Origin: an archaeon
GTDB lineage: Archaea > Iainarchaeota > Iainarchaeia > Iainarchaeales > CSSED10-239
Length of the DNA stretch: 32,000 nt
Direction: 5' to 3'
NCBI GenBank assembly: GCA_035390665.1
Contig: DAOOUC010000002.1
Coordinates: 30,001-62,000, forward strand
This document shows positions 17,893 to 26,533 of the stretch, piece after piece. A program made the translations under genes and the position numbers. Under the pieces are notes generated by a model, which saw only the letters and a program-made list of their open reading frames with translations, did no database searches and had not been told where the DNA came from. The first letter of the stretch is position 1. Each line of letters begins with the position of its first letter.

Positions 17893-18900
17893 ATGGTTAA
17901 AACAATATGCCTAGGAATCGAAAGCACAGCACACACTTTTGGTGTTGGAATAATTGATTCTAATGGCAAGATATTAGCAAATTGTAAAAGACAATTTACT
18001 GTTAAAGACAAAGCAGAAGGACTAAAACCGTATGAAGTTTCTATTCATCATTATAATTGTGCAATTGAAGTTTTAACAGAAGCACTAAATGTATCGAAAC
18101 TAAAAATGAAAGACATTTCAGTTGTTGCTTTTTCTAAAGGCCCAGGTCTAGCCCCTTGCCTTTCAGTTTCTGCAACTGTTGCTCGTTGTCTTTCTGATAA
18201 ATATAAAAAACCAATAATAGGGGTTAATCATTGTGTTTCTCATATTGAAATTGGTAAAACAATTTTAAAATGTAAAGATCCATTAGTGATTTATACCTCT
18301 GGAGCAAACACACAAATTATTGCTAAAGACAATGGCTACTACAAGATACTTGGAGAAACACTTGATATTGGAATTGGAAATCTATTTGATTCTTTTGCAA
18401 GAGACATGGGTTATGGTTTTCCTGGCGGGCCAGTTCTTGATAAGGTTTATATGGAAAATAAAGAAAGAAAATATATAGAACTTCCATATTCAGTTAAAGG
18501 AATGGATCTTGCTTTCTCTGGGTTACAAACAGCAGCAAGAAGAAAAATATCAACTGAAAAAAAAGAAGACTTAGTTTATTCTTTTATGCATACAGCTTAT
18601 GCAATGCTTTTAGAAGTAACAGACAGGGCATTATCTTATACTAAGAAAAAAGAAATAATGGTAATTGGCGGAGTTGCAGCAAGTAAGGCGTTAACAGAGA
18701 TGCTTGAGAAACTAGCAAAGCAAAATAAAGTAAAACTTTATATTCCTCCTGCAATTGTTTGTCTTGATAATGGAGTTTTGATTGCAGATCTTGGATTAAA
18801 GCACTATCTTTACACATATAAAAAGAAAGGTGGAATGAAATTACAAGAAACAGAAATCAATCCAAAATTTAGAACAGATCAAGTTAAAATTGATTGGTGA
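17893..18900 (+). CDS. kae1: Kae1, tRNA N6-threonylcarbamoyladenosine (t6A) synthesis protein
   Basis: GIESTAHTFGVGI, KGPGLAPCLSV, GVNHCVSHIEIG, GGPVLDKV, GGVAASKALTEML; no fused Bud32 kinase. Confidence 0.95.
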   Translation: MVKTICLGIESTAHTFGVGIIDSNGKILANCKRQFTVKDKAEGLKPYEVSIHHYNCAIEVLTEALNVSKLKMKDISVVAFSKGPGLAPCLSVSATVARCLSDKYKKPIIGVNHCVSHIEIGKTILKCKDPLVIYTSGANTQIIAKDNGYYKILGETLDIGIGNLFDSFARDMGYGFPGGPVLDKVYMENKERKYIELPYSVKGMDLAFSGLQTAARRKISTEKKEDLVYSFMHTAYAMLLEVTDRALSYTKKKEIMVIGGVAASKALTEMLEKLAKQNKVKLYIPPAIVCLDNGVLIADLGLKHYLYTYKKKGGMKLQETEINPKFRTDQVKIDW

Positions 18901-18905
18901 AAACA

Positions 18906-19928
18906 ATGGAATCAGAAGATTTAATATTTGATTTAATTTATACTGCACTTAAAACAAAAGATAGAAGGCAAAAGATATTATTTAAAGATAGAGAATATGA
19001 GATATCAGAATCAGAATTAGAATCTATTAGAAAATATTTACTAACAATTCATCCGAATTATTCTAAAAAAATATACCCCGTTGTTAAAGAATTTAATGCT
19101 AATCAATTATCTATATTATTAGAAACAATAAGATATTTCAAAAAACAAGAAAAACCTGCGAATCAATTAATTAGTGAGATAAATAATATACACAAAGGAT
19201 TATTTCCAAACCACTTAAATTTTAAAACTGAACATACTTCTGGATGTTTAGAAACATATTCTGGGTTTATAAGAGCATTAGAATCTGGGACATTATACAC
19301 TACTAAAGTAAAAATAAATGGCAGATTAAAAAGAGTTTTTATAAAAACACCAATTGGGCATGTAAATATAAATAGTTCCAATAATCAAGGCTTCTTATCT
19401 TTTGCTATAGATCCGGAGACAATGACTGTTTATTCTTATAGGTTTAATGAAGAAGGTAAAATATTAGATAAGTCTTTAACCGAAGTTTATAATTTTGAAA
19501 AATATAAAAGCGAAATAAATACTTTATATAATGATTATTCAAAATCAGATTACTTACAAAACTATTTAGATTTTAGAAAAGAACTTTTGAATAGAGTTGA
19601 TTCAATATATGGAATTGAGAAAGTCGTTGATACTTTTTTAAGAATGGGTGGAAAGATAAATCCAGATAAATATTCAAATCCAGAATTTAGAGAAGAAATG
19701 ATTAAACATTTAGAAGAAAAATTTGGAACAGATAAACTTCTTAAATGGTCTTCAAAAATAAAAGATCCAAAAAAAGCAGCAGAAGCTAAATTGGAAATTT
19801 TAAATGTTTTATCAAGAAAATATGGGAAAGACTATGAAAGATTTTATAATTCTCATAAAAAAACCGCAGAAAAAGCAATAAAAATACAAAAATTAAAACA
19901 AAAACCAATAAAAATCAGAAGATTATAA
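18906..19928 (+). CDS. Hypothetical protein
   Basis: SD-like ggtg before ATG 18906 (track start 18894 overlaps the kae1 stop). No recognised domain. Confidence 0.7.
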   Translation: MESEDLIFDLIYTALKTKDRRQKILFKDREYEISESELESIRKYLLTIHPNYSKKIYPVVKEFNANQLSILLETIRYFKKQEKPANQLISEINNIHKGLFPNHLNFKTEHTSGCLETYSGFIRALESGTLYTTKVKINGRLKRVFIKTPIGHVNINSSNNQGFLSFAIDPETMTVYSYRFNEEGKILDKSLTEVYNFEKYKSEINTLYNDYSKSDYLQNYLDFRKELLNRVDSIYGIEKVVDTFLRMGGKINPDKYSNPEFREEMIKHLEEKFGTDKLLKWSSKIKDPKKAAEAKLEILNVLSRKYGKDYERFYNSHKKTAEKAIKIQKLKQKPIKIRRL

Positions 19929-20010
19929 AGAAATCTATTTTTAAACTTATTTGTCTTATTGTTATTAAGAATAAATATATTTTAAATATTAAAAAGGAGT
20001 GAAAAAAGTC

Positions 20011-20355
20011 ATGAAAGCAAAATTTCATATACTTAAGAAAGTCGTAGACATGGAGAGTCCAAAGAAAAACTCAAAAGAAGAAAAAGCAGTTGAAGTAGCA
20101 ATTGATGAACAATTTGAATTAGAAGGCGGAATTTATGTATTTAAATTACTTGCAGCTAGAGCAAATGGTGCACAAATAGAATACGATAGACATTTTTCTG
20201 TAAAAGATGAACACAGAGGTTACGAATATAATGCAATATTTTATATTGGAGAACCAAAGATTGTAACATCTATGTGGGGTAAACAACAAGTTTCATATAC
20301 AATAACATATCTTGGAACAGTTGCAGGCTCTGAAAGTTCAGAAACATTTGAATAG
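20011..20355 (+). CDS. Hypothetical protein, 114 aa
   Basis: SD-like aaggagtg before ATG 20011; the track start at 19999 overlaps that SD. Confidence 0.7.
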   Translation: MKAKFHILKKVVDMESPKKNSKEEKAVEVAIDEQFELEGGIYVFKLLAARANGAQIEYDRHFSVKDEHRGYEYNAIFYIGEPKIVTSMWGKQQVSYTITYLGTVAGSESSETFE

Positions 20356-20400
20356 AGAAATTAAAATTCTCTATTAACTTATTTTTTATAAGGAAAAAAA

Positions 20401-20748
20401 ATGTATAAACAAGTTATTATTTTTAGAAATGATTTAAAATTAGGCAAAGGAAAGATTGCTGGGCAAGTATCTCATGCAGCAGTTGAAGCCTATATTCTTA
20501 CTTCTAAGAAAGATCCAAGAGCCACAGAATATTGGCTTGAAGAAGGTCAGAAAAAAGTTGTTTTAAAGATTGATTCTAAAAAAGAACTTCTTGAATTATA
20601 TCAATCAATAAAGAACAAATTTCCCTGTGTTCTAATCAAGGATGCTGCAAAGACTCAGCTATCAGAACCAGACATAACTTGTCTTGGCATTGGTCCAATC
20701 AAAGAAACAGAAATAGATCAATTTACAGGAAAATATAAGCTTTTGTAG
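20401..20748 (+). CDS. pth2: Peptidyl-tRNA hydrolase, Pth2 family
   Basis: KQVIIFRNDLKLGKGKIAGQVSHAAVEAY, VLKIDSKKEL, DAAKTQLSEPDITCLGIGP. Confidence 0.96.
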   Translation: MYKQVIIFRNDLKLGKGKIAGQVSHAAVEAYILTSKKDPRATEYWLEEGQKKVVLKIDSKKELLELYQSIKNKFPCVLIKDAAKTQLSEPDITCLGIGPIKETEIDQFTGKYKLL

Positions 20749-20763
20749 ATCCGCAGGAATGTC

Positions 20764-20814
20764 GTGCAATATAAATGCACAAAATTACCAAAATTTGTGC
20801 AATGAAGATGCACA
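20764..20814. promoter_or_regulatory. Tandem palindromes upstream of ATPase gene, operator-like
   Basis: GTGCA-N7-TGCAC (20764-20780) and TGTGCA-N7-TGCACA (20796-20814), followed by A/T-rich tatttttaaat at about 20816-20826. Confidence 0.45.
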
Positions 20815-20846
20815 CTATTTTTAAATCCTTTTGTTCTGTATTATAT

Positions 20847-22106
20847 ATGGATAAAGAATATTTAACTCAGGTTGTTTTAGATCAAAATAATAGATTAAAG
20901 AAATTGTCTGAAGGATTACCACGAAAAAAATTAGACGACATTACTTCTTTTATTGATCACAAGATAAATATTGTTATTACTGGACACAGAAGATCCGGGA
21001 AATCAACATTTCTTTTACAATGGATGAATAAATTTTATAAAAACGATTATTATTACTTTGATTTTTCTGATGAAAGAATACAAGATTTTAAAACAGCAGA
21101 TTTCCAGACATTACATGAAACCTTATTAGAACAATTTGGAGAAAGAAAGATATTCTTTTTTGATGAAATACAGGGAAAACCCAATTGGGATAAATTTGTA
21201 AATAGATTATATACTGAAGGATATAGATTTTTTATAACTGGATCTAATGCAGAATTATTAAGTAAAGAAATATCTACTTATTTAACCGGAAGGCATTTTG
21301 ATATACAGATTTATCCATTCTCATTTGAAGAATATTTAGCCTATAATAAATTTGAAAAAAACCCAAAAATTACTGAGGGGAGAGTAGAAATTAAAAGATA
21401 TTTAAATGAATATATAAAAAATGGAGGTTTTCCAGAAGTTGTAGTTTATAATAATTCAGACATATTGGGTTCAATATATGATGATGTTATAAATAAAGAT
21501 ATACTTAATAGATACAAAATAACTGATGAAAATACATTTAAGAAATTGGCATTATTTTTAATTACTAATTTTTCTAAAGAATTTTCATATACTTCACTTA
21601 AAAATAATTTTAATATGGGTAGCACTCATACGGCAAAGAAGTATGTTTCTTATTTAGTAAATGCATATGTTTTATTTGAGTTAAATAAATACGACCCCTC
21701 TTTGAAAAAACAAGAAAATGTTGCAAAAAAGATATATTGTATAGATACTGGATTAATTAATCAAATAGCATTTAAGTTTTCAGAAAATTTAGGCAAACTA
21801 TATGAAAACACAGTATTTATTGAATTATTAAGAAGAGGTCACAAAATTTATTTTTATAAAGCAGAGAATAGTTGGGAAGTTGATTTTATAATTCAAGATA
21901 AGACAAAAATAGTTTCTGCAATACAAGTTTGTTACGATTTAACAGATAAAAAAACAAAAGAAAGAGAATTAAAATCACTATTGTATGCTTGCGATAAATT
22001 TGGATTAAAAGAAGGCACAATAGTAACAAATGATTTAGACAAAGAAGAAAAGATAAGCAATAAAGTCATTAAATTTATTCCACTCTGGAAATGGTTAATT
22101 AAATAA
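20847..22106 (+). CDS. AAA ATPase with C-terminal DUF4143-like nuclease-type domain
   Basis: Walker A GHRRSGKSTF, Walker B KIFFFDEIQ, FITGSNAELLSKEISTYLTGR, C-terminal WEVDFII. Start inferred at ATG 20847 about 25 nt after a TATA-like box. Confidence 0.85.
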   Translation: MDKEYLTQVVLDQNNRLKKLSEGLPRKKLDDITSFIDHKINIVITGHRRSGKSTFLLQWMNKFYKNDYYYFDFSDERIQDFKTADFQTLHETLLEQFGERKIFFFDEIQGKPNWDKFVNRLYTEGYRFFITGSNAELLSKEISTYLTGRHFDIQIYPFSFEEYLAYNKFEKNPKITEGRVEIKRYLNEYIKNGGFPEVVVYNNSDILGSIYDDVINKDILNRYKITDENTFKKLALFLITNFSKEFSYTSLKNNFNMGSTHTAKKYVSYLVNAYVLFELNKYDPSLKKQENVAKKIYCIDTGLINQIAFKFSENLGKLYENTVFIELLRRGHKIYFYKAENSWEVDFIIQDKTKIVSAIQVCYDLTDKKTKERELKSLLYACDKFGLKEGTIVTNDLDKEEKISNKVIKFIPLWKWLIK

Positions 22107-22208
22107 TATCACTAATTCTTGGACGCATCTTGAGTCAACCATCGAAGGATATATATATATCGGTTTTCTGTTTATTTATAAAATTAATAATTAATGGAGA
22201 TGATTAAA

Positions 22209-22832
22209 ATGCCAGGACCAAAACCAAAAATTGTAAGAGAAAAAGTAACACTTAAGAAAAGAATAATAAATGGTGCTGCAGTGGGATTATTGTCTAGTGC
22301 ATTATCTATAGGGGTAGCAGACAAAGTTAATAATCCAATGAGATCAACTGGTCAAAGAATTCGTACTAAAGCGGCAATTACACAAATAGATAAGCAAAGG
22401 GTAGATATCGGATCAAGAGCAGTAGAATATTATTCCAAGAATCCAAATTTAATAAGAGAAACTGTTAATTCTTATAATCAAAAAGCAAAATTAGGACAAA
22501 TTTTCTTCTATGATGGTAAAAAAATTAAATCTGTTTATTTTGATCAAACAAGATTAAGCCAAATTAATAGTATTATCCCAAGAAATGAAAAAGCAGAAAT
22601 TAATAATTTAATTTTAGAAAGAGTAAAACTTATTGAAGAAAATGCAATATACAATCCAACTTTAGGAAAGAAAATAATAGATAGAGTTGGAGAACTAGAT
22701 TATGCAAAATATTTATTGTCTTTGACTCCAAGAGAATTAAAAAATGCATTCCCTGAAGCAGAAACTGCAGTAAGAAAAGCGCTTGAAAATAGTAATCCAG
22801 AAATTCTTAAAAAAAATAAAAGCGGAACATAA
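22209..22832 (+). CDS. Hypothetical protein with TM-like N-terminal segment, probably frameshifted near 3' end
   Basis: MPGPKPKIVREKVTLKKRIINGAAVGLLSSALSIG...; stops just after an A8 run while the +1 frame stays open to 22920. Confidence 0.7.
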   Translation: MPGPKPKIVREKVTLKKRIINGAAVGLLSSALSIGVADKVNNPMRSTGQRIRTKAAITQIDKQRVDIGSRAVEYYSKNPNLIRETVNSYNQKAKLGQIFFYDGKKIKSVYFDQTRLSQINSIIPRNEKAEINNLILERVKLIEENAIYNPTLGKKIIDRVGELDYAKYLLSLTPRELKNAFPEAETAVRKALENSNPEILKKNKSGT

Positions 22833-22920
22833 ATCTGATGCTCTTTCTGATATGATTACCAATTTTATTACAGGGCTACTAATTGGTGCAATGACTGTAA
22901 GAGGAAAAAGGATAAAATAA

Positions 22921-23064
22921 TTATTTATTATTTATTTTTCTTTCTTTTAATTCGTTTAGTGCTTTTATGGCAGTTTCATAAAGACATCTATTTCTTAAAC
23001 TTTTTTCTTTTTTTGCTTCTCTGTCAAGGGAGTTGATGATGTCTTCAATTTCTAAGTATGCCAT
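22921..23064 (-). CDS. Small hypothetical protein, 47 aa
   Basis: Manual minus-strand translation MAYLEIEDIINSLDREAKKEKSLRNRCLYETAIKALNELKERKINNK*. Below track cutoff. Confidence 0.4.
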   Translation of the reverse strand: MAYLEIEDIINSLDREAKKEKSLRNRCLYETAIKALNELKERKINNK

Positions 23065-23129
23065 ATTTTTTCACAATTAAAATATATTTTATTAATATAT
23101 ATTTATGAAAGAAAGAGTATTTAAAGCTA

Positions 23130-23531
23130 TTATTTGCTTTCAAATTCAGAAATAAATTTCTCAAATATCAAGCCTTTTTCTTGAATTTCTGCCCTTTTTA
23201 TAGAGTAGGCTTTTTTTGTTTTTTTAAGCCCTGAAAGCCCAATAAAATACCATTGATCTTTACCAAGTCTCCAAGCAATGTAAGCCTTTAGACCACTAAG
23301 TTTCTCCCAAAGTATAAGTTCTTCAACTTGTTCTTCTCTAATGTTTAAGTATTCGCCTTTTTTGGTCTTACATTCAATGGCTAATGCCTTTCCAGCCCTA
23401 AAACCGAGGATATCTGGGGTAGGAAGTTGTGAAGAACCAGATCCGGCTACTCTAGATACTGCAAACCCCTTGTTAAAAAGAGCAAAAAGTAGTTCTCTTT
23501 CAGCATTTGAGCCTTTCTGTTTGTTTTTCAT
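23130..23531 (-). CDS. hjc: Archaeal Holliday junction resolvase Hjc
   Basis: KGSNAERELLFALFNKGFAVSRVAGSGSS..PDILGFRAGKALAIECKT nuclease motif. Confidence 0.93.
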   Translation of the reverse strand: MKNKQKGSNAERELLFALFNKGFAVSRVAGSGSSQLPTPDILGFRAGKALAIECKTKKGEYLNIREEQVEELILWEKLSGLKAYIAWRLGKDQWYFIGLSGLKKTKKAYSIKRAEIQEKGLIFEKFISEFESK

Positions 23532-23683
23532 GGTCTTTTCTTCACTTTTAAAATACTATATTATATATAGAAGGGACTTATTTATATATGTTTTTGTCTA
23601 TTAATATATATATTAAATTAAAATTATTATTCAAACAATAGATTAAATTTTTTATTAAAGATTTTAAGTTTAAAGAAATTAAA

Positions 23684-23905
23684 ATGTTTCAAAAAGATCA
23701 AATAGTGACTTTGCATGTTATTTGTAATGCAAAGGAAACAGAGTTACAAAAGCTTGATGACAAGAGCTATAAGTTAAAAATTAAGGCTTTACCTATAGCT
23801 GGGAAAGCAAATAAGCAAATAGTTGAAATATTTAAAGATTTAGGTTATAATATTAAAATAATAAAAGGCGAAAAATCAAATAATAAATTGATTCAATTCC
23901 TTTAA
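23684..23905 (+). CDS. DUF167 / YggU-like protein
   Basis: LKIKALPIAGKANKQIVEIFKDLGYNIKIIKGEKSNNKLIQF. Confidence 0.85.
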   Translation: MFQKDQIVTLHVICNAKETELQKLDDKSYKLKIKALPIAGKANKQIVEIFKDLGYNIKIIKGEKSNNKLIQFL

Positions 23906-23976
23906 ACTTGTCTTCTTTATTAAAAGATTATAAAGTCTATTTTTGAATGTCATAAATAAAAAGGAGTGACATTTAT

Positions 23977-25794
23977 ATGGGAAAAACATATATAGAAACA
24001 ATCAAATATATGATTGTTGCTGATTTTGAAGTTAACGGGCTTGTCGAAAGACCAGATGTTATAGGCGCTATTTTTGGACAATCAGAAGGGCTTTTAGGAG
24101 CAAACTTAGATATTAAAGAATTACAACAAAATGGAAAGATTGGAAGAATAGAAATAGAATACAATCAAAACCAAAATAAAGTAAGAGGAGTTTTAAAACT
24201 TCCATGTAGTGTCTCTATGGTTGAAACTGCAATTATTGCTGCTTCAATTGAGACTATAGAAAAAGTAGGGCCTTGTGATGCATCTTTTAAGATTAAACAA
24301 ATAGAAGACACAAGAGGATTAAAGAGACAACAAATAAAAGAAAGAGCAATTGAACTTCTTGGTAGATTAATGCAAGAAGAGATACCTGATACTAAAGAGC
24401 TAATGGAAGAAATAATGGATACTTTTAAAACAAAAGACATAATTTCTTATGGCCCTGAAAAATTAGCAGCAGGCCCAACAGTTGATTCAAGTAAAGAATT
24501 AATTGTTGTTGAAGGAAGAGCAGACGTTTTAACTCTTCTAAGATATGGTTTTACAAATGCTATTGCAACTGGTGGGGCAAGAATTCCAAGATCTTTAGAT
24601 GATATTTCTAGAAATAAAACAGTGACTATCTTTTTAGATGGAGATCACGGCGGAGATATTCAACAACAACAATTAATCAAATCAATTAAGGTTGATTACA
24701 TTGCAAGAGCACCAGATGGAAAAGAAGTTGAAGAATTAACACAAAAAGAAATAAATCAAGCTTTAAGAAGAAGAATAAAATCAAGTTATGTTTCGTCATC
24801 TAATAATAATCAATCAACACAAGAAATAAAGCAGCCAAGCTTCAATCCTAACTTAACAAAACAAGCAGGAATTGTTAAAGCAACAAAATTTTCAACAACA
24901 GCTAATGACAATAGAAATCCATCAAAATTTTTCGAAAACAAACCACAAACTAAATTTGTTCCTCAACAAGCAAAACCCATAACCGGTTCTGATGATTTCT
25001 TTAATAACTTGCTTTCAGAAATCCCTGACATTGAAAGAGTTGATGTAAGTAGAGATTCAAGAGACCGAAACAATAGAAGAGATAATAATTCAAGAGACCG
25101 AAACAATAGGTTTGATAATCACAATAGACATGACAACCACAACCGATTTGACAATCACAGAAGTGATAATCAATTCTATAGACAAGAAGAAAAATCAATA
25201 ACAGACATGGTAAAAGAAGAAGTCGGACTTATTGAAACAAAACAAAATACATTACAAGAATATAAAAAAGACAAGGTAATCCAAAAACCAATATTTGAAT
25301 CAAAGACAATTTCAAAAACAACAATTTCAAAATCAGATAATTCTTTAAAAGCAGAACTTGAAAAAAAGATTGCAGAAATTGTTGAAAAAAAAGTTTCTGA
25401 ACCAGAAGTTAAAATTGAAAAACCAGTAGAAAAGAAAGAAGAAATTAAACCAAAAGAAGAACCAAAGAAGAAACCAATAGTTCTTCCAAAGATAACAGAC
25501 GAGATTAAACAAAATCTTTCAAAGATTATAGACGACATTAAAGACAAAAGTGAAGCAAGACTTTTAAATGAAAAATTTAGAAGAATAAGTAGTTGTTCAG
25601 CAAGTGATTTAGAACACAAATTAAGAGATTTTACTTCTGATAAACTATTTGCAATAGCTGTTGATTCAGACCTTAATGACACAATAAAAGATTTAGCAAA
25701 AGAAAAAGGTGCAAGAATTTTGGTTGTTAAGAACTCAACAGGAGTTAAAGACAGTCAAATACATCTTATGAACTATCAAGAATTAGGAAAATAA
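23977..25794 (+). CDS. dnaG: Archaeal DnaG primase (Toprim)
   Basis: ADFEVNGLVERPDVIGAIFGQSEGLLG, VEGRADVLTLLRYG, TIFLDGDHGGD; long disordered linker before the C-terminal segment. Confidence 0.95.
   Translation: MGKTYIETIKYMIVADFEVNGLVERPDVIGAIFGQSEGLLGANLDIKELQQNGKIGRIEIEYNQNQNKVRGVLKLPCSVSMVETAIIAASIETIEKVGPCDASFKIKQIEDTRGLKRQQIKERAIELLGRLMQEEIPDTKELMEEIMDTFKTKDIISYGPEKLAAGPTVDSSKELIVVEGRADVLTLLRYGFTNAIATGGARIPRSLDDISRNKTVTIFLDGDHGGDIQQQQLIKSIKVDYIARAPDGKEVEELTQKEINQALRRRIKSSYVSSSNNNQSTQEIKQPSFNPNLTKQAGIVKATKFSTTANDNRNPSKFFENKPQTKFVPQQAKPITGSDDFFNNLLSEIPDIERVDVSRDSRDRNNRRDNNSRDRNNRFDNHNRHDNHNRFDNHRSDNQFYRQEEKSITDMVKEEVGLIETKQNTLQEYKKDKVIQKPIFESKTISKTTISKSDNSLKAELEKKIAEIVEKKVSEPEVKIEKPVEKKEEIKPKEEPKKKPIVLPKITDEIKQNLSKIIDDIKDKSEARLLNEKFRRISSCSASDLEHKLRDFTSDKLFAIAVDSDLNDTIKDLAKEKGARILVVKNSTGVKDSQIHLMNYQELGK
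25055..25109 (+). repeat. In-frame direct repeat in dnaG linker
   Basis: attcaagagaccgaaacaatag at 25055-25076 and 25088-25109 (33-nt offset), encoding SRDRNN-type repeats. Confidence 0.8.
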
Positions 25795-25802
25795 AGAAGA
25801 AA

Positions 25803-26180
25803 TTATTTCTTCTTCTTCTTTATTGATTTTTTAATAGCAACTATTTCTTTCTTTTCAGTCTTTGTCTTATATACTGCTTCTCCAATTATTAATAATGTAA
25901 TTGATATTAATATCTTGATAAGTGCAGTTAAATAGATTATCATATATTGTGAAATAGAAAGATCTAATTGATTTTCTCTAATTTTAAAGCCTAAGCCATT
26001 AGTTGCATTTTCTTTACAGGTAGATATTTCAGTGTCTGTTAAAGATATATCTGTACATAATTTGTATTCTGAAACATAATCTACTCTGTTAAACAAATCA
26101 ACAATAGAAAGAACCAATAACAAAACAGCAACGGTAATAACAAAAGCACCGATTGTTTTCTTAATATTTAATTTTTCCAT
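25803..26180 (-). CDS. Hypothetical membrane protein with two TM segments
   Basis: TIGAFVITVAVLLLVLSIVDLF and IIYLTALIKILISITLLIIG; two cysteines in the intervening loop. Confidence 0.65.
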   Translation of the reverse strand: MEKLNIKKTIGAFVITVAVLLLVLSIVDLFNRVDYVSEYKLCTDISLTDTEISTCKENATNGLGFKIRENQLDLSISQYMIIYLTALIKILISITLLIIGEAVYKTKTEKKEIVAIKKSIKKKKK

Positions 26181-26287
26181 ACTTAATCATTTCACTCCTT
26201 TTTTAAAATATTATAATATTATTAGTGTGTTATGTATTTAAATATTTTTTTGTTTCTATATTATTTAGAGATTTCTAGTTTTTTAAA

Positions 26288-26360
26288 GGATCTGTGGTCT
26301 AGTGGTTATGATATCACCCTTACAAGGTGAGGATCGGCGGTCCGAATCCGCCCAGATCCA
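26288..26360 (+). tRNA. tRNA-Val (UAC anticodon)
   Basis: Acceptor GGATCTG/CAGATCC, anticodon arm tcacc-ctTACaa-ggtga, T arm ggcgg-tccgaat-ccgcc. Confidence 0.94.
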
Positions 26361-26375
26361 CTTTTAATTTTTTAT

Positions 26376-26450
26376 TTGGCTGTGGTAGATTTAGCAACCA
26401 GTAAGTACAATCAAAGTTCTGGCTGGGCGCCAACCGACCGCAACCGGTTG
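26376..26450 (+). ncRNA. Structured element between tRNA-Val and class II tRNA
   Basis: ttggc...gccaa outer pairing and caaccg-accgcaac-cggttg hairpin ending 1 nt before the downstream tRNA; same end architecture as before tRNA-Asn. Confidence 0.45.
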
Positions 26451-26451
26451 T

Positions 26452-26533
26452 GCAGGAATTCCCGAGCGGTCAAAGGGGCACGGCTAAGAACCGTGTGCTT
26501 AGTGCTTCGCAGGTTCGAATCCTGTTTCCTGCA
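26452..26533 (+). tRNA. Class II tRNA, best read as tRNA-Leu with AAG anticodon
   Basis: Acceptor GCAGGAA/TTCCTGC, D arm ccc/ggg, anticodon arm cacgg-ctAAGaa-ccgtg (anticodon 26486-26488), long variable region, T arm gcagg-ttcgaat-cctgt, A73. Confidence 0.8.

Noticed and set aside
20847-22106. ATPase as part of a defence or toxin-antitoxin system
   Set aside because: DUF4143-type ATPases are often accessory, but neighbours (pth2, hypothetical) show no recognisable partner, nuclease, methylase or antitoxin gene.
25055-25109. CRISPR-like direct repeat
   Set aside because: Only two units, no variable spacer pattern, and fully in frame in the dnaG linker.
24165-25682. Minus-strand ORFs antisense to dnaG
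   Set aside because: Shadow of dnaG; the long S/F-rich ORF 25176-25682 mirrors the K/E-rich linker.
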